Below the pieces are notes generated by a model. It saw only the letters and a program-made list of their open reading frames with translations, had not been told where the DNA came from and searched no databases. 64,000 nucleotides of DNA. It comes from Phoronis australis. Taxonomy: Eukaryota; Animalia; Phoronida. Each line of letters starts with the position of its first letter. Positions within the stretch are counted from its first letter, which is position 1. Both the position numbers and the translations under genes were made by a program. The DNA lies in contig NMRA01000377.1 in assembly GCA_002633005.1 (NCBI GenBank), positions 119,546 through 183,545 of the forward strand, given 5' to 3'. Of the stretch, positions 37,601-52,600 are shown one piece after another.

Positions 37601-40600
37601 CAACAAATTAAACTCAAAGCATCTCATTTGCATCTTAGAAAGACAAAAACTGAAATAGGCAGACGAAACACAAACTAAAAACATCCTAAACACATACCTT
37701 CAAGTTTTCAGCAGAGTCAGTATCAGAAGATTCATTGCCCTCACTACCAACTTCATCAGCTGAGTTCTTTCCGTCTGTTGAGACATCTTCATTTCCTTTC
37801 ACCGAATGTTTGTTCGTGTCCTTCGTCTTCTTATTATTCTCACCCTTTTTGCCAGCTTGTTCATTCTCACCACTTTCTTGAGAATTGTTCTCTTCATCCG
37901 TCTGCTCTTTGTCTTCTCCATTCTCTTCAGCCTCCTCCCCGACATGTTCCTTTTCAATGAGAAGTCTCCAACCAGAATCACCTCTTTCACCAAACAAAAT
38001 CAAGGACAACGGCGCTTCACCAGCATCATCATCATCTAACAACTCCTTCTTACTTACTGCACTGTTTTTAGCAGACGACACATCTAGAAGATTTTTGTCG
38101 CTTTCGTCCTTTTCTGTCTGCTTAGAGCCACCTGCACTTTTCTGACTGGATTCTTCCCCATCCTTCTCACTACCAGACTCATCTTCCATAGCAGAAGGAT
38201 CAGTTCTATAGTGCACATTAATTTGGTATGTAAGTATGGGGAGAGCTGGCTTGTTAACTTGAATAAATGGCATCTCTCTAGACATATTACAACCAGCAAT
38301 TTCTTTCTTCTGATCAACACTGGCATTATAATCATCTTTGGTAGCACCAATTTCAGTTTCTTTTGAACCTTTTGTCTCATTTTGTTCTCCATCATCTTCC
38401 GCCTGTGAACTTGCTGCATCCTCTTCTGGGTCATCCTCAGTTGTACCGAGCCAGTGCGAGAAGTCAAAGGTCATGACCTCAGCCGTGTCAACATCCTCCA
38501 AAACTGCTTCCTGAACAACCCACTCTGACGTCCTCCACCTTCCAAACTGGCAGACTCGAATCTTATAAATATCACCAATGTCACCACACTCCAGCTCAAA
38601 TTCCTCCAACTTTCCAGCGGCAAACAGATCTTCAGACTTGTTGGTCAGCGCTGGTGGCTGATACATGCCAGTGGCGCCATACACGGACAGCAACAGCTTC
38701 TTTTTGCCACACTTTGAAGGCAATGTGTTGAAGTTTGGTACAAAGTCATCATCTTTACCCACAACGGTGCGACCAGGCAAGTTTGTGTCAAGAGTGTTCA
38801 CACCTCTAGAGTGTGTCCTCATGTCTGCTACACTGTCACAGATGTTTCCTTCGTCTTCCTCATTTTCCTCCAACTCATCATTATCTCCATCTTGGATATC
38901 ATGGAAATGTGCCTTGTCAAAAATTTTTATGAAGCACTTGAAGTGGCCACGGGATTTGAGCTCTTCAACTTTAGCGTGTTCTTTTGTTGTAATTGCGGTA
39001 AGAGGCACCAGATCCCTCAGTAGGGCTCTGTCTTCACAACCGGTGTCAAACCACCTAGAATGCAAATAATTGTTGAAGTGCCATGCAGTGCCATCTATGA
39101 AAACCCCTTTGGTTCGTGTTTTGAGGAGGAACTATTTCTTATGTTTTTTACAAAGGTGACTTAGTGTTCCTTATTACATGCACTGATAAAAAAGACAACA
39201 TGGAGTTCATTGCTATGGAAGATCTGCCAGCACTAAAAAGATTTACTCCAGTTTGAGGTTTGCAATTTTGGCTTGCTGTAGCGTTAAATGGGTCTAAAAA
39301 TACTGCAGCTCTGCTAATTCAAATAACTATGAAAGGTGGGATTCCAAAAAAAAAATATTTTATTCAAATTGAATTGGTGTGACAAATGGTGTTGAAATAA
39401 TCACAGTTGAATACTTTGGCCAATTTCATACTAATTGCCAAGGAAAGAGAAAAAAAAATTGTTACTGCATGTAAGCACCTAGAACCAATGTATCGCTACC
39501 ATTGCATACTACTTGATAAACTTACCTTTAGCTTTTGAATATAATCTCAAAACCATTAATTGCTACTGTAATTATTACTACTGCCATCTATATTAGCAAT
39601 ATTATCATTATTGTTGTTATCATTATCATTACGATGATTATTACTTGTCACTTACAACACAGTAATTCAGGATTTCATCTATGATATTCCTGTCATTCTC
39701 AAATGCATTCGCAAATGGGACGTTGTCATCTAGTAAACAACTGGCAACATCACATATAACAGGATAATTGCATAATGTGCATTTGGATGGTGCGATATAA
39801 CCTCATCCGATGGCATGTGTCTTAAGAATCTGCTGTACAAAATGTTTGCTTATCTTATTTGATGCATTTCAACGGCTTTCAATCTTTTAGCTTTCTATGA
39901 CAGTTGTTTATTCATGTTTGCACCAAAAAGTATGTTTTAGAGGACACATCCTTTCAATTCTGGTGTGCTCAAGTGACAAGCGTTGTTTTCAGTAGTTGTA
40001 TTGTTTACATGTCAGCACGTTATCTCATCACTGGATGTTTAGAGCCAACAGCTATCCCACAATGCATCTGAAAAACAACAGCAGGACAGTAAACGAAATC
40101 CCTCAAATCCTTAGCGTGGAAATAGGAATGGACGTCCATCCAAAGACTCAATGTTGAACAGTTTCTGTTTCTTCATTTACCTGAAGCAGGGGAAATAATG
40201 TTCCATGTCTGCTAAAGGTGAAGTCTTCACCCGAACGTCCTCACAGTACCACCCAAGTCCACGACCGACAGTAGAATGACCAATCACTAGTTGTTTAATG
40301 AAGCCAATGTCCAGCGCACGGACGATGAAGGAATCAAACTGAAAGATTACAATTACATAAAGACGATGAACAACATTGAATGTTTCAAAACTCCAGTTAG
40401 TTGGAGGAGCAAACACAGTATCCTGTAAATAGCTTATCACATGAAAGGAAGGTATTCTAGCATCATTAACAATGAATCTAATTGGATGAAAACACAATAA
40501 GCGCAATTGTACAAAATAACTTGACACCATTGATCTTTAATGTCACAGTCTATCTAAAAGTACTAACTTCTTATAACTGGCTGACCTGCTACATATTTTG

Positions 40601-43600
40601 GAGAGCAAGCTTCCAACACGCTATCTCTGAGTCTGATGGATTAGGGTATACCTGCATCAAAATTCTAAAACAACTGCCACGCAGCAAGAAAACACGTTAC
40701 CTGTCCACTTCCAAACTTCTCGTCGTTGAGAAGTGATTTGTTCAACAGCTTGCTACCAGTGTCTCCAAATTCACCAATCAGATTACAGCGAATGTTGGAC
40801 TGTGTGGTAGATCTCATAGCGTCACCAGTTCTTACAGTGACAACATACTCCATGGCTAAAATTGAAATTGCAATCTCGAATGTAAACAAAAGTCGGGACA
40901 ATTTGTGAGCAGCTCCTCATGTACACAAAACTTGGGGAACACACAACAATGTCCAAGACTAATAATTTTCAACGATATTCGCTCAGACATGCTCATAGTA
41001 TTGTGTCACAGATGCAGAGAGCTGCATCAAAGATACAGAGAGCTCGAGCGAATATCATTAAACATTTATTACCGTGATCACTGTTGTTAAGAAGTAGTAC
41101 ATATGTGTTACAAAATTGATAAACTTTAATATGAATTTTTAATGCAATGAATATTCAAAGCTGCTACAAACCCATCTTATGCCCAAGAAACTAACGTTTG
41201 GTTTCGCCACTACAAAACTTTTCTCAACTTGCTTCTGACTCAGATGAGGACCCTGAGGTGAGAAACAACTAAAAACATGCTACTTGGATATTTTGATATG
41301 AGATATCTGCCACTATTACATCTCCAAAAAAAAATAAATTGCAGGTCTTGGCTTTTTTACGATTCAGGTAATCAATGAGGGGCAATTTAGCACTAGAAAT
41401 TTTTTAAAAAATATCTAATCATGGATTATTCGGTGTGCTCGGACAACGATTGAACCCACGGTATGCTTTTTATTAAAACACCATGCGTGGATTGTTGGTG
41501 ATTAAGGTAGCCTAGGTTTGTTCTAACACGTCATTTCTCTAGACTTTGCTTTGAGTGGTGAACAAAATTCCCTCCAACTTTTTATGACGATCACGTGAAG
41601 TTCATAATTTACAGAAGCATGGTCAGCAGCCCACAAGTAGGAAGCTCTGGCAAGCAGAAAGAGTCTGGAGATTTCGCTTCATACGTTTCATATGCTGTTA
41701 ATCTCCTAAAAACAGAATCAACAGAAACATTTAATCTCAGCACTGGACGGGGAAAATCAAAACTCACGTTCTGGAGGAGCAAGATCTGGCCTGATGGCAG
41801 GAAGTTCAACACTGGCTTCTGGGTTGTCTGGCAATACGTCTACCCAATCATTATGGACGAAGTGAAACTCAGCACCAGTCTCTTTATGTTTCATTCTAAT
41901 CTTAACTAGATTCCAGCCTTTGTCTTCATTTTGGACATCATCAGAATCATCATCTTCCTTCTTTGCATTGTTGTCAGTCTTTTCAGATGCATTATCTTCC
42001 TTTTCATCAGATCTCTGGTCCTGATTGGCTGACTCACTGTCCAACGATATCCTTATCTTCATGAGTTCTCCAATATCACCTACATCAATATCAAATGAAC
42101 TAGTCTTGCCTGGCAAGAAAGGCTCACTATCGCCATCTTCATCCACCAAAGGAATACTCTCACTGCTTCCAAGAGTTCCTTGAGCTTCTAACGACACTCC
42201 GGACTTCGTGCCTGACTGACCAGTGGTTACCCACACTGACCACTCTCCAGAAGGCTTCTTACACATGGCGTCTTCAGGGTTTATTGTGGACAGTTGACAC
42301 ACAGGGGTGCTTAACGTTAACGTCTTTGAAGCAGACGGTTTGATCCACTCTGCGTAGGTGAACACTGTCTCACGCAAAGCATAATAGGCCTCCTTCACTA
42401 CTATCTTTTCCAAGTACCATATACCACCTGCAAAGATAAGAAGCCCCATTTACCATTTACCTGTAAGTCAGTTTTAAAGGAAATTCAGTCGCACAGGGTA
42501 GTTAACTAAAAAATTACTACCAGGTATTCGACATGCCGTAGTTAAAAAGTTCCATACACATGAGCTCATAAAAATACTGTACAGTATCTTTGTTAAAAGG
42601 GTGACTACAACTCCTTGGATTTCTAAACACGAGGTTATTGAACAGAAAAACTAGCACTGACCTTCGACCTCTGACTCATTGCACAGCGCAAGCTCTTGTA
42701 TTTGACCAATGCTGACTGCTTTCACAGTGAACACGTCCACTTGGTACTCTTCATAATCCATGGACTTGCTGTTCACAGCATGCTTCCCAGTGTCGCCATG
42801 GTCACCAGTCAGTTTGACTGACAGTTGTGAGGGTAGGGCCGGCTGATTTTCCGTGTGTTTAGTGTAGATGGCTACTGAGTAATCAAAGACTGAAACAAAG
42901 AAAATAAGACAAAATCACACAGACTGAAGATGTTGCAGAATAGTTGCATGCTGTTCAATGACATTCAACAGAACTTGTGCAACAAAAATATCAAGACAGG
43001 AATTTTTTGTGTTGTATTTCTTGTTTTTATGGAAGCCTGACATGATGATGAGACCTGCTATCTCCCTGAGCTTCACTAAAACTTGATACACACATGGGAA
43101 TACATTTTGCACATTGCAAACTCCACTTCAGCATGATCGTAATGGTAACATGAAAATTCTAGCAACCTGTGTGTAGCCAGTTGACAAAAAGATTTGAGAA
43201 ATATCCAAAGAAAAAGGCTATAAGCTTAAAAAAATTACCATCTGTCATTCCGTGGACAGAATTTCAAGTCCAATTTTGAAGGAAAACATTAGATACACAA
43301 AGGATGTGTCTTCCCCACCTTTTTAATGTCTCCTACTGTTACAGTGTATTAGATTCCAAACAATTCTTGAAAACAATGCTGCGTACTTCATGAGATAAAG
43401 TACCCACCTGGTAGGATAGCGCTGTCGGCAAGATTAACGGGAAATTCACGTGAAATCAGGCCGTCATCCTCCTCCATGGCAAACCACCGGTCAATGTAAA
43501 CCTTCACTTCCTCACCAGTGTCCTCGTCAGTCATGACCAACTGAAATATTGACCACATGAAAATAATATGTAACAGAGATTATCTGCCGTTATAAATTTC

Positions 43601-46600
43601 CAACTTTCGTCAAATACATTCATGTCAATGGTAATTTTCTCTGATAATAAACATGTCTTTAAATACGCAGCAGCTTCACTCAAATCAGCCCAGTGAAATC
43701 TTCAGTACACAGCCTGTCAGACAACAAACTTGAAACGTGCCACAATGCTATTTTGCGGTAGCCATGTAAGAAAGAGAGCCATCGCAAATATTTTCACGTC
43801 TGGTCTGTACGCCACCTGTTGGCCACATCATATGACCTAATGAACATAAGTCTGAAAAGATTTCTGCCCCAAGACAGAGTCGAATCTGGGACCTTCTGCT
43901 AACCGTAGAGGCACTCTAGTCCCCATAGCCATCGGATTGCTGGTCAAACAAAGAAATTCAATGAAACTTAGCAGTGGGCATCCCGCCCTTGAACTTTTGA
44001 GTGTATAATAAAAATGTATTTAATCTTGAACCGGCGTGGAAATATAGATTGCAAGCATTTTTAAGTGTGGGCTGCACGCCACCGGCTGTTGGCCACATCA
44101 CATGACTTCATCAACATCAGTCTGAAAAGATTTCAACCCTAACCAGGACTCGAATCTGGTACCTTTTGGTATTAACCTTGCAGAGAACCATCAGAACACT
44201 GTTCACAGAGTGTCCACTCATGTTGACTTCTTAACATTTGTTTTTTGATGGAATGTTCAAGGCAATTTTAACACAAACTCACAAACTTTCCATGGAAACC
44301 AGAAGATGAATATGTTGTATCAAGCAAATGTGACAATAAAAAAGAAGCTGTTTTTCAATGAGTTTTAAAGCTACAAGACATAGTATGAAATGATCTAACA
44401 ACCTCATTCTTCAGACTTTATCTGAGTTGCACTGAATATGAAACCAAAACAGCACTTTTGTCAATAAAAATATTACACTGATGAAGCAGATAAGTCACAA
44501 TCCACAAAATTAATACAAAAAACAACTTGACTGAGGTGAATGAGATCATTAAATTTGTGTTTTGTTAGTTCACTGGCATCAGTGACTGTACGCTACAGAC
44601 CTTGTCAACATGCCAATCAGGGAAGCTGTTATGGTTATCGTGTTCTAATCTGATCTTGTAGATGGCGCCGATGTCACCCACTTTCACCTGCATGAACATA
44701 TCAAAATCAACACACTAGCAAAACTAAATATCACATTATGCAATTTGAATTCCAAAAAATATTTTAAAATTAAGTTTTACGTATTGTTAGAAGCAGAAAG
44801 AGTGAACAAAGAAATATTCTTTAGAACAATAAGCTGATATTCTAAGATTAAGAACTTGACTGTCGACTTATAGCAGTGAAGACCCAAACACAATCAAGGC
44901 TTGAAAGCTTGAAAATTGCAAATCAGACTTGATGCATGTAAATACTATACAGAATGAGTTACATACAGAAATCCAGTGAACAATGGTGCTGACAATAGTT
45001 ATTGATATGAAGGAAGGATCATTTGCTTTGGTGATAATATAAATCTTTACTTTGCATACCACATAATATTTAGTTTCATAAAAAATAACAGGCCTAACAT
45101 AATACAGAAGTATAAAACAAACCCATTTGAAGATTCATTATCTCAGCTGTATTAAAAACTAAGTATTCAACAAACAGGTTTCTATCCGGCATAAACAAAT
45201 CTTTACCAAACTACTACTACTAGTAACTAAACATCTCGCTCTAAAAAGTACAATATAAAAGTTACCACAAATGAAGACTCTTTGCCCTTGGCAAACTCGT
45301 CAGTGTTCAAGGAGTCGGAGCCAAGAGGCAGCTTGTCGGAGACTCCCTTGTCTCCATACACTGTGAGATAAACTTGTGCGTGAGTACCAGCGTTGTGCAC
45401 ATCACTGGTGAAGACAGTTACTTTCCATACACCCTGTGTCTTCACATCAGTCACTTTAGCTGGGACTTGTGCGTCAGCAGCTATCACATCTGTTAAAAAC
45501 AACATTGAATTCAACTGTGTTGTTGAATTACCTTCTCAATGGATTAATTTTGTTTTTTTAAGTGAATGTTTTAAAGATCTACGTATGAGAGTGCGATGTA
45601 CTTGATGGGGGGAGGGTGACTGCAATTATACTTAATTGGGGGGGACTCGGTTTCTCACACCTATTTGAAAATATTGTACAGTCGTTAGCATAAAAGGCAT
45701 GAAGTGAATTCTATCGGTCAACATGATGTTTAAATAGGTCAACATGATGTTTAAATAGGTCAACATGATGTTTAAATAGGTCAACATGATGTTTAAATAG
45801 GTCAACATGATGTTTAAATAATGACCAACGCTATATCCACTTATCATTACTTAGCATTATTTAATCCTCCTTTAGTCAGTTAAAACTGTTATAATTATAA
45901 GAGAGTAAGTACATTCAGGTTTTTTCAATGTCCTAAGACACCAAACATTCCCATTTATAAATCTATCGGACTTCTAATAATCCCAACATACACTAATTGT
46001 GTGCATCTTATTTGCCTGTTTATGTAACTAATCTTTTGTTTATTAATTCATTTTTTGTTCATTAATAAGTACTTACATATTCATATAATTAGCTTTGGTA
46101 TTAACATTAAACATGTTATTTATAACATGGACTACAACAGCAATACAAATTCCAAGTCTTTTTCATGTCATCTGTACATCAATTGCCATTTTAGCTTTCA
46201 TTTACACCTTTAGTCACTGTGTTATTTGCAGTCCCTGCTTAAATTTGTCTGCCTGTCTCTACCACTGTATTGAAGTCGATATTAAACAAAATAAATCAAA
46301 AAATCACAAAAATACATTATTTATCAAGAAGAGAATTACCCAGAAGCCTCAGCTCTCTGCAGGTTTTCCCATCATCCACATGATCGTCCAACCAACGTCC
46401 ACACGGAAACACATACTGTTTGCTCAAATAGGTCAAAAGGTCAGCCTCTTCTTCAGCTGGCATCTCCTTGACAACTAATTTGTCAATAAACAAGCCAGAG
46501 CCAAGCCCGGTGCCATCGTGAGAGATTTCGATTTTTGTGAGGTCTTGGAGGAAAACTGCTTCCAGTTGGAAAAAGTCCATCTGAAAATGTGACAACATAG

Positions 46601-49600
46601 GAAAAGGTTGATTCCAGAAAAACAAGGCTAGCTCAAGTACATCATTATAAAAATCAAAGAAAAAAGATACAAATCAAGTAAAACACAGTAGTTGATGCAA
46701 ACAGCAAAGTAAATATTACTACCAGTTGAGGAACATGTCAGAGTAGCTAGCACTTTCTGGCATAACTACTTTCACAACAAAAATCTAGTTTGAACAAACA
46801 CTTTGTGATTATTTCAATTCAAAAAGTACTCATAAACTTTACTTTTGTTTGGAAAGAATGGAGTGTTAACTAGAGCAAAATGTTAGTGACATTAACTTCA
46901 AATTAAATAACACAATGTATTGTTCTCAAATTGTACTGTTATCCATCAAACACTGCTATGTACTAACCCCTCTGTGTGTGAGTGTGACCTCTCACAAAGT
47001 TGCTTACAACTACCAGAAACATAATTCACTTTCATGATTTATCCTTCCAAAAACTTGCCTGGTTTTTGCAGAATTTGTCTTTGTCATTGTTGACAGAATG
47101 GTAGAGACATCGTTTGCCAGAATCACCCTTACTGCCATGGAGGGTGACGTAAATGTTAGAATCTGTGTAGGAGGCCCAATGGTTCCCAGTGTAAACACTT
47201 ATACCATATTTCATGACTGAAAACAAATAAGTTTGTAGCATTACAGTCACTCACTTTCTGTAACAATTTCAGACCAAAGTGTTTTATGGCAGCCAAGCAT
47301 TGGTGAGGCAAAACCAGTGTTAGAAAATCCTACAAATAAAAGGACTCAACCCCCAATTTTTCTGTTGCACCACTTTGCTTAGATTTCTCGCAATATGTAA
47401 ACCACATCGACTCATTATAAGACGCAACATTAAATTGAGAAAATTAAGTTGGTTTTCGCACTGCAAGAGTTTGATGTATTCAGGGATCCGTTTTGTAGAA
47501 AGTCGTATGCCCAGTCACAGCTAAGATGTTCATAAGCTTGTTCATACGAATGCAATGCTGCATATATGTTGCAAATGGGTGCCTTCACAAGCTACGGTAG
47601 CCACGTTACCCAAGACTGGATTTCCAATCTTAGAAATGGGATTTAATTTGCTGTGCTCCAAATCAGTACAGGAATCCTAACTCAATTTATTGAGAGATGC
47701 CGTCAGAAACACACATAATTTCAAATGACTGTTAGTAATTTTCAACATAATTATTTTACATTTTCCTGCACCATTGTTAAATCAACTTAAAGACGGGTGT
47801 ACAAAATGATGTGTTTACAATGGAATTTGCAGATTTAAAGACTATTAAGGACCATATTTTGTACAAAATACATAAAATGCAGCAAAGCTGAACATGCCAC
47901 TCTGAAGCGTTGTACCTGGCAAAACTGGCTGGCCTTCTTTCATAACCGGCATTTCTCTGACAAGATCAAAGTCATCAAGTTCCCGGGAGAGCCACCGATC
48001 AAAGGTGAACGTGTACTCCTCCTCCGTCTGTTTGTCCTGCACTCGAACCTAAGTAATGATAGTATTTCTGTAGAGATGAGTAAAGCAGAGTAGACAACAA
48101 CTACCAGAAAAACAGAGCTGACTGAAAACGTCATAGCACGACATTGCTACTTTTAAGGCAGCATTAAACCCATACTTTTTGGCCAAAAAGTTTTGATTTA
48201 GATCACATACCTTCATAAAATTGACCTCAACTTGTTTTAATGAGAATAAAAAGCGGTTTAGGGACTTTGAAAGATCTGAAATTCTATTATTTTTTCAGAT
48301 GAAGGTCATACAATTTCAGACAAATTTTATAACATTGTAAGTAGCCTAATTAAAACTTGAAAGAAAGCACGAGTTTAATGAAGTAAAAGAAATTGAACTT
48401 TAATAAGACGCGTGACTGTACTCCTTACATGTAACTGTTTTATTCATGGAACAATATTCACAGAACATGAAAATTACTAAAATAACCATAACCAGTCACA
48501 TTCTGGCGCTCTGAGTAAACCTCAAGAAAAAAAGTCCACGCAAATGAAAAAACATTCCACGGAAAGTCTAGTATCTAAAAACAAGATCAAAAGCTTTCAA
48601 GTTTCCAGTCATTGGTTAAAAGTGAACATATTACATTAATCACCTTTTGTCTGTCCTGTTCTCGAAAAAGCTAAATTTACTTACTAAGAGGTAAGTCTTG
48701 TTTACACACTCCTATGTTTTGTATTGACTTTAAAATTGACTATCGTATTTGACTAACCACAGTGTGTAGACGAGTGGTCCAGCTTGAATTTTCAAGCTAA
48801 AAATTTGAATATGACTTGTCAGTTGAAACAGAGCATGTCCGATTTTGCTCATGGATTTTTCCTCAACTCTGGAGAAGTCGTATACCACCTCTAGACCACA
48901 TCCAATTGCCATAATGGAAATTCAGTAGAAATTCGTAGCTGAAAAATGGGGATGCATAGACAGACCTTTACACTGTGTACTAGACATTGGCAGCAGACTG
49001 TTGTTTGAACAACCGGCTACAGGCCTGCAACAAGAACAATTTGAGCCTCCTGAAACAATTTCTTTCCAATACCGACAGACCACACAGCTGAAGAATTAGA
49101 ATAACCAGTATGATCAGCCAGTATACCTCTTCAAGATGCCATCCATCCCAAGAATCTTTATCTTCCCGCCCAATACGAATCTTGTAGATTTCACCAATGT
49201 CTTTCATGTTAACCTGAAAAAATTTGCATGGGGATTTTGTTAAAACCAGTTGCTAACAAATTTTCAACCAAAAACAAAATTAAAAAATATAATTTAGCAA
49301 AGCTGAGTACCTGGTGCTCAAGAAGCTTAATATTTAGATTTTGCTATCATAATATTTTGCTCCTTGACTTCACTTAGTTCTTTTGCACATTAGGAACTTG
49401 CACCTAACTTAAGTTTGCAAATATCATTGACATTATCCTCTAATTTAAGTCCTGTACACAACACATCTTAGAAAACCATTGCTTAGGTTCACATTTATTT
49501 GTTTTTTAATGCGGCACACTGTAAACTGTTTTCACTGATTGCTTCAATAAGAAGATGCACCAACATTATCTATTTATTTGACTTCGAAGTATTGACTAGG

Positions 49601-52600
49601 TCCTAATTATCGTCGCTTGGGGACATTAACAAATAATCTTTACTAGAATTTCAATTGACATGAACTACCATATCAATATGACTTACATCAAATTCATCAT
49701 TGTTGCCAGCCTCAAATTGTTTCCTACCCTCTTCAACAGGTGGCTCCTCTGGTAGGATGATGTCATCAGTCTTTCCATCAGCGCCATAAACAGTCAGTAT
49801 CACCCTGGAGCCGTTGGTAGCCAGCGAGTCATCTGCAGTTCTGATCCACAGGTGATATTCTCCCGTCGACTCAGGTGGGGGCGCCGGTGGTTCTTCAACC
49901 ATGAGTTCTCGCTCAATCTTCCCATCGTCCTCTCCTTCATCGAACCATCTTCAAAAAAGAATTAATTCCACTGACAACCAATCAGATGGTAAAATAAAAA
50001 AACACAAAGTGCAGAAAATAATGTGATCAAGGAAACAATGGTTTAGTGTGTTGTTATTTGACCAAGCGATTTATTAGCACGTTCCTTCGTTGGTATCAAA
50101 TTTCATGTTAAGAATAATAAGCGGAATATGTTCAGGTAATAAAATGGAACTGATATTAGGGACTGCAGTTTGAAATGAAAGCACTGTCAAACAACTCAGT
50201 CACCAAGAATTTAGAGTAATAGTAATTCATATAAAGTGTACCACCAGAATTAAAGACTTTACGTCCCATCTTCTGTCACAAAAACTAACTTTTGATTTAA
50301 ACTGTCTAGTGCTTACCATGAAATTGATCTTACATTGTTCCTAAATGTTTTCTGGGCTCTTGGAAAGAACTGACAGTTTGCTATTGATCGAGACCAGACT
50401 TGTCAAAGCGGGTGCATGGACTAAAAAGTCAACTAACAAACTGTCGAATGTTTCCAAGCTCTGATTGAACCACTATTCAATCTGAAGTTTTAAAAAAGGA
50501 TCCCAACGGAAAGTGGCCCAAATCAAAAGTTTGTTTTCTTGGCAGAGCTAAGGTTTATAGCCGCTTCAAATACAACAAGATAAACGACAGTTTATAAACA
50601 AAAGTAGGTAATTCACCACTTATTGCATACAGAAATCATTGCCAAAATGGTCATTTTCCATTTTTTCAAAAGATGATTGTTGTTTTGTAAAATAATGTCT
50701 TTTATTATCTGGTAGTTCCAGCAAATGTTGTATTATGACATCTACATACAACAACCTATGCTTGTAATAAACCAAAATGTTCTAATAATCTTTACGTTTG
50801 TGGAGAAACTTAAAAAACAAGACAAATCACTTATCAGCCACATTGAGAGCTAAATAAGTTACGAATTACCGACCGTAGTACAATATGAAGCAGAAACCCT
50901 GGGCCTATTTCATCAAAAGTGCTATGTCATGTCTTCATTAAGACGGTCATAACTTTGTTTTTTTAATTTGTACACAATTCAAAAAAAACAAAAACAACCG
51001 TGGCTCATGAAGATAGTACTTAATACTGAACACGAGAAATGACCAAGTTTACATCAGTTGCAACGTTTTTACTCTTCTTAAAATGCATAGTCACATTTGC
51101 AATAACATCATAACGATCAAATATACGACCTTTGATAAAACAAGTCCCCGCCATCTGTTTCTCACGAAGTTTAATCATAGCTTCTGTCTTTTGACTTACC
51201 ACTAAAAATCAGTCAGCAGACAACATTAGCCTTTTTCACGAAAATGGGCCTAAGCTGAAGGTCAGAAAATCTGTCTACAACTCTAAGTCAAGACAGAAAT
51301 CTGTAGTCTTGCTAGACTAGACAGATGACAAAAGGTTTCCAGAAATGCAAAGACAAAAAAACTCAATTTCTAGCTCTTCATGGTCACATTTCTGACTTTT
51401 GGTTAGAGACAAAAGCCAATAAATAGTCTCTTCAAGAAAAAGCTCCCTCGGGACTGTTTGCCAATTGTGATTAGGCATTGCAGTAAACAAGGAACTCCAG
51501 CAAACACACAACTTTACTGTACTAATGTACCTCTTGCATGGGAAGTAGAACTCTTTAGTACTCTCTTCTTCCTTCACTTGAACAATGACCTTCTCCAAGT
51601 ACCATCCAGCACCGTGACCTTGACCATTGTGACCCACGATGACCTTAATGATCTCACCAAGGTCAACAGCTTCCAACTCAAACATATCTACCTGTATAGA
51701 AAAAATCAGAAGGACCAGAAATGAGACACATGGCAGAAAAATACATTCAAAAACACTGAGTTTGAGCAACTTTCTGTTTCACCCAAGAAGCAAACTTTTT
51801 ACTGAGATCACTTATCGAGATATAAAATTGGTCTCAACCTGTCTCTCACTCAGCTGAGAAATAACTTCTGGGTTGCAAAGAACTTCAGATGGTTCGTTAT
51901 TCCTAGAGACCATGCTCTGTGTATAAAATGACAGTCTGTGACTATATATAACCTGGTCTAAAGCTATGACAAGCTGTCGGCCTCTTTTAAAGCTCTGAAA
52001 TCACCTCCAAGTCAGCATCAAGCAATAATGAATTTTAAGTTCTCTTGAGTGCCGAAATAACTTCCTCTTGCTAACAATTTGAGACAAATTTCATAATCAT
52101 GGTAAATGGTTTCAATCACAAGTTGTCTGTTTCAATGGACGACAGGTGTATATCTGTCTTAAGATAAGGAGAGGGAGAGACATCTGTTGCTGTGTGCAAT
52201 ACGTGGCACTAGAATAAGACTAAAGTGACTTTATTTTAACACACATTTTCATAGACTTATCGAGGCAATTCAGTATAGTTCGGTAGCACAAACTTCGTTG
52301 AAAACACAACTATTTTTGTTTGAAAGCTTGATACGCTATAACCACGCGTATTTCACTGTTTATTTTGCTTCGTACACGTTCATTCCACTTCTTGCCTGAT
52401 GATGAGACATGCGGTCTCCAAATATAGCTAGTGTTTTAATTTGTTTGTTTGCTAATGTCTCTCGGTGTTTTGCTACATAGCTGAACATCTTAAGAAAGGA
52501 GAATTGTTTTGACACTACAAGCAATTCAGTAGGAAATCTTTTGTCTAAACTTTGAATGATAATTCTATACATCAATGTATCGGGGTCGTGCTTTCAGTAA

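Noticed and set aside
35638-39069. Plus-strand Ser-rich ORFs opposite the large PLAT exons
   Set aside because: Antisense shadows of the acidic coding sequence.
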